Positions 10,602 to 20,533 of a DNA stretch of 64,000 nt are shown in pieces (the first letter of the stretch is position 1; each line of letters starts with the position of its first letter). Where the stretch lies: the NCBI GenBank assembly GCA_016789445.1, contig JAEUQT010000001.1, positions 131,603 to 195,602 on the forward strand, written 5' to 3'. Both the position numbers and the translations under genes were made by a program. The stretch comes from a bacterium. GTDB taxonomy: Bacteria; Patescibacteriota; Minisyncoccia; Phycocordibacterales; UBA2100. Under the pieces are notes generated by a model, which made no database searches, was not told the DNA's origin, and saw nothing but the letters and a program-made list of their open reading frames with translations.

Positions 10602-11022
10602 CATACCCCTGCCTGCTTCACGCGCCCGTCGTCTGCTTGGCGATGATACGGATGAGTACGAACAAGAAGGCATACAGCAGTCCGTTGAAGAGCGTGAGGA
10701 TGATTACCTCCCCCGTCGATCCATCCGCCCCACCGATGAGAGAACCGAGTGCGCGCCCCGGATACATCAAAGGACTCACGAGGAGCTCGAGTATCGGATG
10801 CATCAAGGAAAGCATGGCGACGACATAGAGACCGATGGTCCCGAAGAGGAATCCATACGTCCCGTACGTGAGCGCTTTATTCATCCGGGAAGTATAGCAA
10901 GCCCGCTTTCATGAATACTGTGCAGAGGACAGAATTCATCGAAAATCAATCTTCCCGAATCCCACATCTCTGAGACAATGCATATATGTTAGTCGCTCAC
11001 TCACCTGCATCTATGTATCGCT

Positions 11023-11721
11023 ATGAGACCTCTCTTGTTTATTCTCTTCTTGGCGCTCTTCGTCGTACCTTTGGGAATCGATCGCCGTTCGCACGCCCCC
11101 TCGCCCTCCAACCTGTCCCCGTCCGAGTCGGAAACGGTAACGTGGGTAGATAGCAAACCTTCGCGGGTAAGCACCACTTCCGCACAAGCGACTGCTCGTG
11201 CAGAAACCCCTCAGCCCACAGTCGTCGCACCCGTGACGACTGTCGTTGCTGCTGAAGCAGCACCAGTGGTCGAGACCAAACCTGCTGCAGAGCCAACAAC
11301 CCCAATCGACGTCATCGCGGAGATGGAAACGGAGATCCTGCGTCTCACCAATGAAGAGCGTGTCGAACAAGGCCTACCAGCCCTCACCTTTGATACGAAA
11401 CTGCACAGCATCGCCACCCTCCACAGCGAGGACATGCTCGCGAATGATTATTTCGAGCACGAAGATCCGGATGGCTGCAGTTCATCGTGCCGCGCCACGA
11501 ATGCAGGATATCGCTGGCGAGCGATCGGCGAGAACATCTACATGATGTCGGGATATAAAATAGACCCTGCAAAGATGGCAGCACAGGTCGTTGCCGGCTG
11601 GATGGATTCCCCCGGTCATCGCGCCAACATCCTTGGCACGTCATTCGCTGAGAGCGGCGTCGGCGTCGCCATCAAAGGCAAAGACGTGTACGTTACGGCG
11701 GTGTACGGCAAGGAGCGCTGA
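11023..11721 (+). CDS. CAP/SCP/PR1-like secreted protein with Pro/Thr-rich linker
   Basis: Signal peptide and CAP motifs HSEDML, FEHED, GENIY, GWMDSPGHRANIL. Confidence 0.75.
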   Translation: MRPLLFILFLALFVVPLGIDRRSHAPSPSNLSPSESETVTWVDSKPSRVSTTSAQATARAETPQPTVVAPVTTVVAAEAAPVVETKPAAEPTTPIDVIAEMETEILRLTNEERVEQGLPALTFDTKLHSIATLHSEDMLANDYFEHEDPDGCSSSCRATNAGYRWRAIGENIYMMSGYKIDPAKMAAQVVAGWMDSPGHRANILGTSFAESGVGVAIKGKDVYVTAVYGKER

Positions 11722-13038
11722 TTACTGCTTGAAACCGACGGCCTGGATGACTGCATCGGCGAAGCCAGCGGTGCGGAATGTCGAACGCACTTCCGCTTTC
11801 CAGTTCGCGCCCGTTATATCGATATGCGGATCGACGCCGCGACCCTCGATCGGTTCGCCGTCGTCACGCAGCGTGAGGCTGTGCACGAGGAGGACGGTGA
11901 ATTTTTCATCATCAGTGAGCTGTGTCGATATCGGGAACGTATTCTCGACCGTCCCCCATCCGCGCGTTTTCGTTCCGACGATCGTCGCCAGCCGCATGCG
12001 CTTGAAGATCGCCGTCGTGAGTTCCGCCGTCGATTGCGACATGGCGTCCGTGAGGATCACGATTTCTTTGAAATTGCTGAGTGACGGAATCTTCGGCACC
12101 GCGGGTGTGCGCTCGAGCTTCAACTCCCCCTGTTGGAAGAGATCGAACGCGTACTGATTCGGCCCGATGAAAAGCGCCAAGAGATACTTCGCGAAATCCA
12201 AGGTGCCACCCACGTTCCCACGCACATCAATCACCATCGAAGTGAGCTGTGGATTGTCTTTCGTCTTCTCAAGCGTGTTCACGAATTCCTGCAGTGTTGC
12301 CGGAGTGACCTTCGAGAGATCGAGGTAGAGCGTCCTCGAGCCGAGCACTTGGCTCACGACCGAGGGCAGTATCTTCGTCTCATCATAGATACTCTTGGAA
12401 CCTGCATCAGCAAGCACCTCCTTCGCCTTCTCGACTTGTGCCAGCTGCTCCTTCGCCTGCGGCGATGAGCTCGCCGCAAGTTCTGCGGCCTTGGTTTCGT
12501 ACGCCTGCTGCACTTGTTCTGGTGACGCGCTCTTGTCGACGCCGAGCTGCGCATAGAGATCATTCTCGCGCTCGATATTATTTGCTTGATCACGAAATGC
12601 GAGTTCCTGTTTCTCCGAAAGGAGTCCGCTGCGTCCCTGTGGTGCAAGATTCGCCAAGACGACGATACCGGTATCCACCGCCAGCTGACGCTTCTTCTCT
12701 TCAGGTGTGCGTGCAAACGCCTCGGCGAGCATCTGGGCGGTACCGGCACGATCCGGAGTTGGGAGCTTCTCTTCCGCGGTTCCAGCAGCTTTAGCGAGCG
12801 CAAGGCGATAGATTTCCGCGAGATCGGCTTCGGTTCCCTTCTGCCAGTAATTGGCCATCACGATATCGAAGATCTCCATGTCGAAGCGGACGTATTTGTC
12901 GGCCTCGGCCTCGGTCTTGTAGGCAGCGGCGCTTGCCGTCTGCGAGCGTGCATCAGCGCTGTAGTACCAGTATCCGCCGATTCCCGAGGTGATGACGAGC
13001 GAGAGAGCAGCGAAGGTGAAGAGCAATTTCCGTGTCAC
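11722..13038 (-). CDS. S41 family peptidase (C-terminal processing / tail-specific protease-like)
   Basis: N-terminal TM; S41 catalytic region VIDVRGNVGG ... ILTDAMSQSTAE (Ser/Lys dyad context). Confidence 0.75.
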   Translation of the reverse strand: MTRKLLFTFAALSLVITSGIGGYWYYSADARSQTASAAAYKTEAEADKYVRFDMEIFDIVMANYWQKGTEADLAEIYRLALAKAAGTAEEKLPTPDRAGTAQMLAEAFARTPEEKKRQLAVDTGIVVLANLAPQGRSGLLSEKQELAFRDQANNIERENDLYAQLGVDKSASPEQVQQAYETKAAELAASSSPQAKEQLAQVEKAKEVLADAGSKSIYDETKILPSVVSQVLGSRTLYLDLSKVTPATLQEFVNTLEKTKDNPQLTSMVIDVRGNVGGTLDFAKYLLALFIGPNQYAFDLFQQGELKLERTPAVPKIPSLSNFKEIVILTDAMSQSTAELTTAIFKRMRLATIVGTKTRGWGTVENTFPISTQLTDDEKFTVLLVHSLTLRDDGEPIEGRGVDPHIDITGANWKAEVRSTFRTAGFADAVIQAVGFKQ

Positions 13039-13156
13039 GCTGGATAGTGTAGCAGAAAAAAACCCGTCGGATTTCCTTCATCTTCGGTACATCATCAATC
13101 CGTACGATAAGCCGTATTAGTGCCTGTCTGCGACAGGTTCGTTAGACAAACAAACT

Positions 13157-13408
13157 ATGGGTATCATTGCATTCTTGGTTCTCGGAGGTGTCGCTGGATG
13201 GATCGCGTCGCTCATCATGGGCACCGACGCATCCCAGGGCGTCCTGGCGAACATCGTCGTCGGCGTCGTGGGGGCTATGATCGGCGGCCTTCTCTTCAAC
13301 GCATTCGGCAATGCCGGAGTTACAGGCTTCAATCTCTACAGCCTCGTCGTAGCGACGCTTGGCGCCATCATCGGCCTCTATATCGTCCGTCTCGTCAGGA
13401 CGGCGTAA
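13157..13408 (+). CDS. GlsB/YeaQ/YmgE family (transglycosylase-associated) stress membrane protein
   Basis: 83-aa Gly-rich helical protein GWIASLIMG ... GAMIGGLLFN. Confidence 0.8.
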   Translation: MGIIAFLVLGGVAGWIASLIMGTDASQGVLANIVVGVVGAMIGGLLFNAFGNAGVTGFNLYSLVVATLGAIIGLYIVRLVRTA

Positions 13409-13417
13409 CGAGGATCC

Positions 13418-13447
13418 TCGAGTCAAAACGGCCGCTCACGCGGCCGT
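13418..13447 (+). terminator. Rho-independent terminator
   Basis: AACGGCCGCTCACGCGGCCGTTTTGTT hairpin plus T-run. Confidence 0.55.
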
Positions 13448-13518
13448 TTTGTTCATGAAATTTCTTGTATTGTCCCGCTCGCGCACGTGCATGAAGACGT
13501 TTATCCTACGGAGACTTC

Positions 13519-14118
13519 ATGGCGCGTTCACTTCTGATCTTCCTCTCTTCCCTTGCGCTTGCGGTACTCGTGGTACCCGTTATCGAGCATGCAGCGAGCA
13601 CTCCTACCCCGCTCGCTCCGGATGCCGGAGCCACTACCACCGCGATGGGCGATGCGCATTTCGAGGAACGTCTTCCGGATCCGACAGATAACCCTGCGCG
13701 CCTCATCATGCCCTCTATACAACTCGACACCTCGGTCATCGAAGTCGGTGTGACCGCGACGGGCGAGATGGACGTGCCGGATGGGAAGACGAAGAACGTC
13801 GGCTGGTATCGTTATGGCACTGTGCCGGGAGACCGGGGTAGCGCCGTCATGGATGCGCACGTCTATGCCGCCTTCAATAAGCTCCGGAATGTGAAGATCG
13901 GTGACGATATCTACGTGGTAAACATGCGCGGCGAGAAGCTCCACTTCCGCGTCACCGATTCGCGCGTGTACGAATACGACAAGCTCCCCTTGGAATACAT
14001 CTTCGCGAATAGCGACGGACGCCATCTCAATTTCATCACCTGTGCACGGAAATTCATCCCGTCGATCAACACCTACAGCCATCGCTTGGTGGTGTACACC
14101 GAACTCGTCGAAGATTGA
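13519..14118 (+). CDS. Sortase family transpeptidase
   Basis: Signal anchor; motif LIMPSIQLD; His (MDAHV); TLxTC-like FITCAR with downstream Arg. Confidence 0.75.
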   Translation: MARSLLIFLSSLALAVLVVPVIEHAASTPTPLAPDAGATTTAMGDAHFEERLPDPTDNPARLIMPSIQLDTSVIEVGVTATGEMDVPDGKTKNVGWYRYGTVPGDRGSAVMDAHVYAAFNKLRNVKIGDDIYVVNMRGEKLHFRVTDSRVYEYDKLPLEYIFANSDGRHLNFITCARKFIPSINTYSHRLVVYTELVED

Positions 14119-14997
14119 TTACTGTTGCGGAACGCCGAGGAGGACGGAATCGGCTACGGTACCGACCTTCGTACGCAGGAATTGTGCGGTCGCCTCGAAA
14201 AGGAGCACGGTCTGATCGATATCGCCGTCGGTATTCTCGTTCTTCGTCTTCACGATGAGTTCGTCGATGTCCCGCTGCAAGCCCTTCACGGTGAAGAACT
14301 TCCGTACGAAGAAGCGGTACCACGGCAGCTTCACGCTCACGCGCTCGTCCAAAGTAGGCGCCGCGGGAATCACCTTCACCCGCACCGGCAGCGACCACGG
14401 TATGATCGCCAGAAGATAGCCACGCGAACGATACACGATCTCATACGACGACGCGGTGAACGCGACCTCCTGCACGTTCGTATCGCGCAGCGCCGTAGAT
14501 GCGGCGATGAGACCGAGCTCTGCATCCGAAGCCTTCCCTTTTCCCTTACGCCAATACGAAAGTATTTCGCGCAGGTCGACGTCCCCCGAGAGAACTTGTC
14601 GCACTTTCGCGCCGATGACGCGTACGCCGAGTCCCCCGCTCGCCGTAGCCGCGGTCGTACCGCTGCCTTGCGCACCGACGCCTGTGAGCGCGCCGCCGCT
14701 AAGAAGCGTATTCACGAGCTCTTCCACGTCCGGATCATCGGAATCGTCTGGATCATCGGGAGTCGTCTCGGGTGTATTCGGTGCAGGATCATTCGGCACA
14801 ACGGTGCCCCCTGCCTGCGAACCGGGACCGTTTCCGCCGCCCGGTGTTGCAGTGCTGCCGGTATTGTTCGTCGAATCCGGACTCGGTTCCGGTAGCGAAC
14901 CGTCACCCACCTCGATCGTCTCCGTATTGTTGTAAAAAACCGCCTGCGCGTACCCTGTCGGCACCAAAAGAAGCGCGATGACGAGTGCGATCCTCAT
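14119..14997 (-). CDS. Secreted hypothetical protein (Pro/Thr/Asp-rich linker plus C-terminal domain)
   Basis: Signal peptide MRIALVIALLLVPTGYAQA (start trimmed from 15015); low-complexity acidic linker. Confidence 0.5.
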   Translation of the reverse strand: MRIALVIALLLVPTGYAQAVFYNNTETIEVGDGSLPEPSPDSTNNTGSTATPGGGNGPGSQAGGTVVPNDPAPNTPETTPDDPDDSDDPDVEELVNTLLSGGALTGVGAQGSGTTAATASGGLGVRVIGAKVRQVLSGDVDLREILSYWRKGKGKASDAELGLIAASTALRDTNVQEVAFTASSYEIVYRSRGYLLAIIPWSLPVRVKVIPAAPTLDERVSVKLPWYRFFVRKFFTVKGLQRDIDELIVKTKNENTDGDIDQTVLLFEATAQFLRTKVGTVADSVLLGVPQQ

Positions 14998-14998
14998 A

Positions 14999-15637
14999 TT
15001 AGCGGAGTGCCACATAGATAAGGGTCGCGAGCAGCGTGTACGTCGCGGTATTCACCGGCGCAGAAGTACCGAAGAGTTTCGTCGCCCCACCGAAGGTGCT
15101 CTTCGGATTGAACAAGACGCCATCAAGCGTGATGCCCGCATAGATTTCATCGAGGATGAGGTGCGTGAAGAATCCCGCCGCCATGGCTCCGCCGAAATAG
15201 AGAGCGACTTCTTGAGAGAATCCGTAGTGTTTCGCGAGAAGAAAGGTTCCGACGGCGGCTATACCCAGAGCCGGCAGCGAGTGGAACATACCGCGATGAT
15301 GCGTGAGTCGCTTGATGATGCCGCCGACCACTACCCAGAAAAAGACCAAAGACGCTCCGGGGATGCCGACAAGATACCGCCAATCAGTCGCATACGCCGA
15401 AGCGAGCGTATAGAACGTAACCACCGTCGTCACCGCAAGCGTCATCGCCCCGAACACGAGATAGAACGGCATACTCGAATCGCTGTCCGTATCGGGCAAA
15501 AATGAGCCGATGACGGTAACGCCGAAAAGAAACACGAGGAGCGCGATGTCGGTGACGAGCGCGTATGAATAGAGCGCGACAACGACCACCATCGCGACGA
15601 TGGCACCCCATGCGATATGTTCCCTGAACATCGCCAT
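14999..15637 (-). CDS. Membrane-bound metal-dependent hydrolase, YdjM/DUF457 family
   Basis: Multi-TM protein with conserved His/Asp residues (HRGMFHS, THLILDE). Confidence 0.6.
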   Translation of the reverse strand: MAMFREHIAWGAIVAMVVVVALYSYALVTDIALLVFLFGVTVIGSFLPDTDSDSSMPFYLVFGAMTLAVTTVVTFYTLASAYATDWRYLVGIPGASLVFFWVVVGGIIKRLTHHRGMFHSLPALGIAAVGTFLLAKHYGFSQEVALYFGGAMAAGFFTHLILDEIYAGITLDGVLFNPKSTFGGATKLFGTSAPVNTATYTLLATLIYVALR

Positions 15638-15651
15638 GGGACTATTTTAAG

Positions 15652-15894
15652 CTACGCGCGACGGCGGCTGAGCAGTTTCCCTACTACGTAGAGGATATAG
15701 GCATTAAGTACGATAGGAGCGAGGATGAGCACGTACGCGAGATCGCCGCTCACGCCGCCGAACTCGAAAGAGGCGAGGATCAGCGTCCAGGGCATCCCCA
15801 GGATGAGCGCGATGAAGCTCTCGCCGAAAAGGCCTTGGGTGAAGATGAAGTAAGCGCTTATGGCGAGATAGATGCCGGGCAGGAGGTATTTCAT
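15652..15894 (-). CDS. Small membrane protein (80 aa)
   Basis: Two TM helices. Confidence 0.4.
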   Translation of the reverse strand: MKYLLPGIYLAISAYFIFTQGLFGESFIALILGMPWTLILASFEFGGVSGDLAYVLILAPIVLNAYILYVVGKLLSRRRA

Positions 15895-15965
15895 GGGATT
15901 AAGTGTACCACTCTTCCCGTGCTAGATTGGAGCTAGTTGTATGGCTTTGACATGAGGAGACTCTG

Positions 15966-16199
15966 ATGAATAGTGAGAAACTGCCTGATTCTCTGACGTT
16001 GGCGACGAAGGTATTGCCGACCGGACAGGTCGAGGATCTTTCGAAGATTGATTTGATGGAACTCGTCGATCGAATGAATTTCGCAAGCCGGTACGCCCGA
16101 CAAGTCATTCCCACACATGGGAACGGAGACCTTTTCCGCCAAAGAACCGCGACTGCGATGAATGCGGTCGCTCACGGCAAGGATCCGCGTATCAAGTAA
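15966..16199 (+). CDS. Hypothetical protein (77 aa)
   Basis: ORF followed directly by a terminator hairpin GCCCCGCTTCTGCGGGGC (16207-16226). Confidence 0.35.
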   Translation: MNSEKLPDSLTLATKVLPTGQVEDLSKIDLMELVDRMNFASRYARQVIPTHGNGDLFRQRTATAMNAVAHGKDPRIK

Positions 16200-16253
16200 T
16201 TTACCTTGCCCCGCTTCTGCGGGGCTTTACCTTTAAACGATTCGTACTGCACT

Positions 16254-16502
16254 TTAAGAAAGCTCGAAACCTAAAATGCCTTTAGCTTCTATTTTCTCGA
16301 GATATCGAGGGTATGAGGCATATCGATTCTTCACCTGCTCAACGGTAAGCAATCCTGGCATCACTTTTGCAATCGGAACCTCGGCAAGCATCGCCTCAAC
16401 TGTGGGCCAGAAATAAATTTTCCGGACTTTTCTTGAGAACGAATCGCTCCCGCAGATGAACTGGATATCGTCTCCTTCTTTATATTGAAGAGTGCTGCTC
16501 AT
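16254..16502 (-). CDS. Hypothetical small protein (82 aa)
   Basis: ORF with conserved-looking composition; family not recognised. Confidence 0.35.
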   Translation of the reverse strand: MSSTLQYKEGDDIQFICGSDSFSRKVRKIYFWPTVEAMLAEVPIAKVMPGLLTVEQVKNRYASYPRYLEKIEAKGILGFELS

Positions 16503-16629
16503 TAACGGCTCGTGTCTCTACACTTTTGAGCCCGCTCTTGATTTCATCAAAGCGAGCGCGGTCTACCTCCCTGAATTCTAGATTGTGAATTTCCATATTA
16601 CATGCGAGTACGCCAGACAAGGATACTTT

Positions 16630-16748
16630 GGAAACCCTCGGTTTTCCAACGGTCGCCGAAGCGACCTGCCTTCCGACACGGGGAACTCCCGTTCCCCGAC
16701 CCCCTCCCTATCCAAGTCTGGCAACAAATCTCGTTGCACTCAATTTGT
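16630..16748 (+). repeat. Family B tRNA-3'-flank element (GAAACCCTCGGTTT ... CTTCCGACACGG ... GC hairpin ... CCGACCCCCTCCC ... inverted copy of tRNA-Gln 3' end)
   Basis: Shares ordered motifs with 21886-21989. It ends in an 18-bp perfect palindrome formed with the tRNA-Gln 3' end (CCAAGTCTGGCAACAAAT / ATTTGTTGCCAGACTTGG). Confidence 0.6.
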
Positions 16749-16817
16749 TGCCAGACTTGGATTCGAACCAAGATACACTCCTCCAGAGGGAGTAGTCCTA
16801 CCATTAGACGATCTGGC
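16749..16817 (-). tRNA. tRNA-Gln (anticodon CTG)
   Basis: Manual fold: acceptor GCCAGAT/GTCTGGC, anticodon stem ACTCC/GGAGT with loop CTCTGGA, T-arm CTTGG-TTCGAAT-CCAAG. Shortish at about 69-70 nt. Confidence 0.7.
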
Positions 16818-17073
16818 AATTCCTAGCCATTCTACACATTTTTCCCCCGCCCTCAACGTAGCGTTCATGCGGAAGATACGCGACAATAGGGATATGCAGG
16901 ACAATCTCCGGCTGATCTTTTCGGGCCTTTGGTTCCCCGCGACAGGATCGCTGTTCGCGAGCACCCTTCTTTTCGTACTTACTTTGGGTGACTATTGGGA
17001 ATTCCTCCTCTACGCACTCGGCGCATGGATCATCTGCACCAGCGTCGTGATCCTCACCTCCCTCAATTCGTAG

Positions 17074-18738
17074 CTATTTGATCTTCCGTGCGAGCGAAGC
17101 TTTGACGAACGCACTGAACAAGGGGTGCGGTGTGAGCGGTCGCGCCTTGAGTTCCGGATGGAACTGGGTACCGAGGAAGAATGGATGCTCATCCTTCGGC
17201 AATTCCGCGATTTCCATCAGCTTTCCATCAGGCGAGGTGCCTGAAAATACCAGACCTGCATCAGAAAGCTGCTCAACATACTCCGGATTCACTTCGAAAC
17301 GATGACGATGGCGTTCGGAAATCTCCCCTGCCCCATACGCCTTCTGCGCGACGGAGCCGCTCTTCAATTTGCACGGGTATGCACCCAAGCGCATCGAACC
17401 GCCGTAATCCTTTTTCTGCATCTTCTCGATCTGCTCAGGCAGGATCATGATGATCGGATGCTTGGTCTTCGGATCGATCTCCGTGGTGTGCGCTCCCGCC
17501 AGTTTCGCTACATGACGCGCGTATTCCACCGTAAGGAGCTGCATGCCGTAGCAAAGACCGAAGTACGGGATCTTGTTCTCGCGCACATATTTGATCACGT
17601 TGATCTTCCCCTCGATACCGCTTTCCCCGAAGCCCCCCGGCACAAGGATGCCATGATACTGAGAGAGCTCTTTCACCTTTGAAGGATCCTTCTGGTAATC
17701 CTTGGCGTTGAGCCAATGGATCTCCGGCTTTACACCGAGATGGAACGCGGAGAATTTGATTGCCTCGATGACTGAAAGATACGCGTCTGAAAGCACGAAA
17801 TCCCCCGTATCGAAATACTTGCCGACGATACCGATCTTAACCTTCTCGCGACCATTGTGCGCATGCGCCGCGAACTTACGCCACTCATTCATGTCCGACG
17901 CCTGCTTACCTTTCTTATTGAGCGCTTTGAGGAGGATGTCAGAGAGATTGTCGCGCTCGAAATTGAGCGGCACATCGTAGATGGAATCGACGTCCGGTGC
18001 GGAAATGATGTGATCCGCCGGGATGTTCACTTGGATCGAAAGTTTCTCCTTGCGCTTATCATCGAGCGGCGTATTCGCACGCGCGATGAGGAAATCCGGC
18101 TGCACGCCGTAGGCATTAAGCTGGCGCACGGCATTCTGCGTCGGCTTGGTCTTCATCTCGCCGATGGTCCCCGGCACCGGCATGTAGGAGACCATTACGA
18201 AAAGACAATCAGCCGGATTCTGAAGATGGATGACGCGTGCGGCATCGATGAAGAGCGCGTTCGAGAAATCCCCCAATGTCCCGCCGATCTCGATCACGGT
18301 CACATCGGATTTCGCGAGCTGCGCGCTACGCTTCAAACGCTCCACGACGGCGTCACGCACATGTGGCACTGCCTCGACACACTTGCCGCCGTAGCCGAGG
18401 TTGCGCTCGCGATCGATCACCTGCTTATAGATCATGCCGGAGGTCATGTAGTCCTCGGGGCCGAGATCGCGATTGAGGAAGCGTTCGTAGTTCCCCATGT
18501 CCTGGTCGGTCTCGAGGCCGCTATCCAAGACGAACACCTCGCCGTGTTCCGTCGGGTTCATAGTCCCCGCATCTACGTTGAGATACGGATCGATCTTCAC
18601 GAGATTCACCTTGAGACCTCGTGCGGCAAGAATCTTGCCGATCGAGGCAGTCGCGATCCCCTTACCGACGCCTGACATGACGCCTCCGATCACGAATATG
18701 TATTTATGGTTGTTTGCGCGCGCACGCGTTGCCGTCAT
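17074..18738 (-). CDS. pyrG: CTP synthase
   Basis: N-terminal synthase domain (GGVMSGVGKG) plus C-terminal class I glutamine amidotransferase (GLCYGMQ, HRHRFEVN). Confidence 0.95.
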   Translation of the reverse strand: MTATRARANNHKYIFVIGGVMSGVGKGIATASIGKILAARGLKVNLVKIDPYLNVDAGTMNPTEHGEVFVLDSGLETDQDMGNYERFLNRDLGPEDYMTSGMIYKQVIDRERNLGYGGKCVEAVPHVRDAVVERLKRSAQLAKSDVTVIEIGGTLGDFSNALFIDAARVIHLQNPADCLFVMVSYMPVPGTIGEMKTKPTQNAVRQLNAYGVQPDFLIARANTPLDDKRKEKLSIQVNIPADHIISAPDVDSIYDVPLNFERDNLSDILLKALNKKGKQASDMNEWRKFAAHAHNGREKVKIGIVGKYFDTGDFVLSDAYLSVIEAIKFSAFHLGVKPEIHWLNAKDYQKDPSKVKELSQYHGILVPGGFGESGIEGKINVIKYVRENKIPYFGLCYGMQLLTVEYARHVAKLAGAHTTEIDPKTKHPIIMILPEQIEKMQKKDYGGSMRLGAYPCKLKSGSVAQKAYGAGEISERHRHRFEVNPEYVEQLSDAGLVFSGTSPDGKLMEIAELPKDEHPFFLGTQFHPELKARPLTPHPLFSAFVKASLARKIK

Positions 18739-18800
18739 AACCGGAATATCTGTATCTTAGTCAGTAATATCCATCGTGACCGGAATGACTGTGCATAACC

Positions 18801-19718
18801 CTAGCTACGCAAATACCGGCGGACCGCCAGGAAGCTCGAGATGGCTCCCAGCGCGATGCCGAGTCCGATGATGGTGAAGAAAAGGCTCGGGAACGAGCTC
18901 ACGTAGTAGTCGAACACGTTGAAAGTGCCGAAGAATGCCTCAGACGCAGGCCCAAGCCAGATGGCCAACGGGTACAGGATAAGAAGCACGATGATGCCGG
19001 AAATGAGGCCGTAGAGAATACCCGCAACAACGAAGGGGCCGCGGACATACCAATGCCCTGCACCGACGAGATTCATGACCCCGATCTCATCACGCGCGGT
19101 ATAGATGGCGAGACGGATGGTATTGAACGCGATAAGCACGCTCGCTGCGGCGAGGAAGATAGCCGCGGCGATGCCGACGGTGCGCGAGGTCTCGATGATG
19201 TTGGTGAGGCGATCGATCGCCGTCTTGTTCTGGAAGAAGTTGACCTTGCTGATGGTGCTATCCGTCCCCTGCTGGGTCTCCAAGAACTGCGCGATCGATG
19301 CGTACTGCGACGTCTCCTTCGCGCGGATAGCAAGCGACGGACCGAGCGGATTCTCCGAGAGCTGATCGAGCGCCTGGATGGTCATCTGCTCGTTCTTATG
19401 GCGCTCACGGAACTCCGTCAGCGCCTGCTCGCGTGAGGTATACGCGACCGACGCGACTTCCGGCAATCGCTCAAGATCCTGCTTCACGCGCATCACCTGC
19501 TCTTCCGACGCAGTGGTGGTGAAGTAGACGTTCACATCCACCTTGTTGGTAAGCTGATCGAGCGTGGACTGGAGTGCAGCGCCGGAAACCATAAGGCATG
19601 CCATCACGAAGAGCGTGATGAGCATGATGAAGATCGCGGAGAGCGAAACGAAACCGTTACGGATGAAGCCGATGAGACCGTAGCGCGCGACACGTTTGGT
19701 GGTTACCCAGAATGACAT
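18801..19718 (-). CDS. ftsX: Cell division ABC transporter permease-like protein FtsX
   Basis: 4-TM FtsX topology with a large periplasmic loop; immediately downstream of ftsE. Confidence 0.85.
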   Translation of the reverse strand: MSFWVTTKRVARYGLIGFIRNGFVSLSAIFIMLITLFVMACLMVSGAALQSTLDQLTNKVDVNVYFTTTASEEQVMRVKQDLERLPEVASVAYTSREQALTEFRERHKNEQMTIQALDQLSENPLGPSLAIRAKETSQYASIAQFLETQQGTDSTISKVNFFQNKTAIDRLTNIIETSRTVGIAAAIFLAAASVLIAFNTIRLAIYTARDEIGVMNLVGAGHWYVRGPFVVAGILYGLISGIIVLLILYPLAIWLGPASEAFFGTFNVFDYYVSSFPSLFFTIIGLGIALGAISSFLAVRRYLRS

Positions 19719-19719
19719 A

Positions 19720-20409
19720 TTACAGAGTGTATTTACCTTCCTTATCGTCGCGCACGACGCGACCCTGATCCAAGGTCACGACGCGACGGCCGACCGAGTC
19801 GACAACGGTCTTGTTGTGGGTAGTGAGAAGTACGGTCGTCCCGAGGTTGTTGATCTTCTTGAGGATCTCCACGACGTCATGCGTGTTCACCGGATCGAGG
19901 TTGCCCGTCGGCTCATCGGCGATGAGGACGTCCGGCTGGTTGACGATCGCGCGCGCGATCGCGACGCGCTGCTGCTCACCGCCGGAGAGCTGTCGCGGGA
20001 AATGCCAGAGCTTGTCGCTGAGACCCACGAGATCGAGTACATGCGGGACATCCGCCTGGATGTCCTCATCAGGCTTCCCTGCCACTTCCATGGCGAACGC
20101 TACGTTCTCGTAGATGTTCTTGGATGGGATAAGACGGAAATCCTGGAAGATGGTGCCGATGTTGCGGCGAAGACCGAGGAGCTCCCTATCAGAAAGACCC
20201 GCGATCTCTCGCGAGCCGAAATAGACCGTCCCTTCCGTCGGGAAGATCTCAGCGAACAGCATCTTGAGGAGGGTCGTCTTACCGGCACCGGAATGCCCGA
20301 CGATGGATACGAATTCTCCCGGATCGATCGAGAGGGTGATGTCTTCGACAGCGGGCACGCCATCGCTATATTTCTTCGTCACTCGATCGAAATAAATCAC
20401 GGACCTCAT
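19720..20409 (-). CDS. ftsE: Cell division ATP-binding protein FtsE
   Basis: ABC ATPase with Walker [10 protein letters not shown], signature [14 protein letters not shown] and Walker [13 protein letters not shown]. Confidence 0.9.
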   Translation of the reverse strand: MRSVIYFDRVTKKYSDGVPAVEDITLSIDPGEFVSIVGHSGAGKTTLLKMLFAEIFPTEGTVYFGSREIAGLSDRELLGLRRNIGTIFQDFRLIPSKNIYENVAFAMEVAGKPDEDIQADVPHVLDLVGLSDKLWHFPRQLSGGEQQRVAIARAIVNQPDVLIADEPTGNLDPVNTHDVVEILKKINNLGTTVLLTTHNKTVVDSVGRRVVTLDQGRVVRDDKEGKYTL

Positions 20410-20533
20410 TATACCCCACTCATGCGAGGTGCAACAATTTCATGAATCCTAGGCCCCCAGCTCCTTTTCAGCGTCGATAGAAAGCCTCGCTTTATATAGA
20501 CTTGCTGGCTCGAGAATAGAAAACCCGGGTTTT

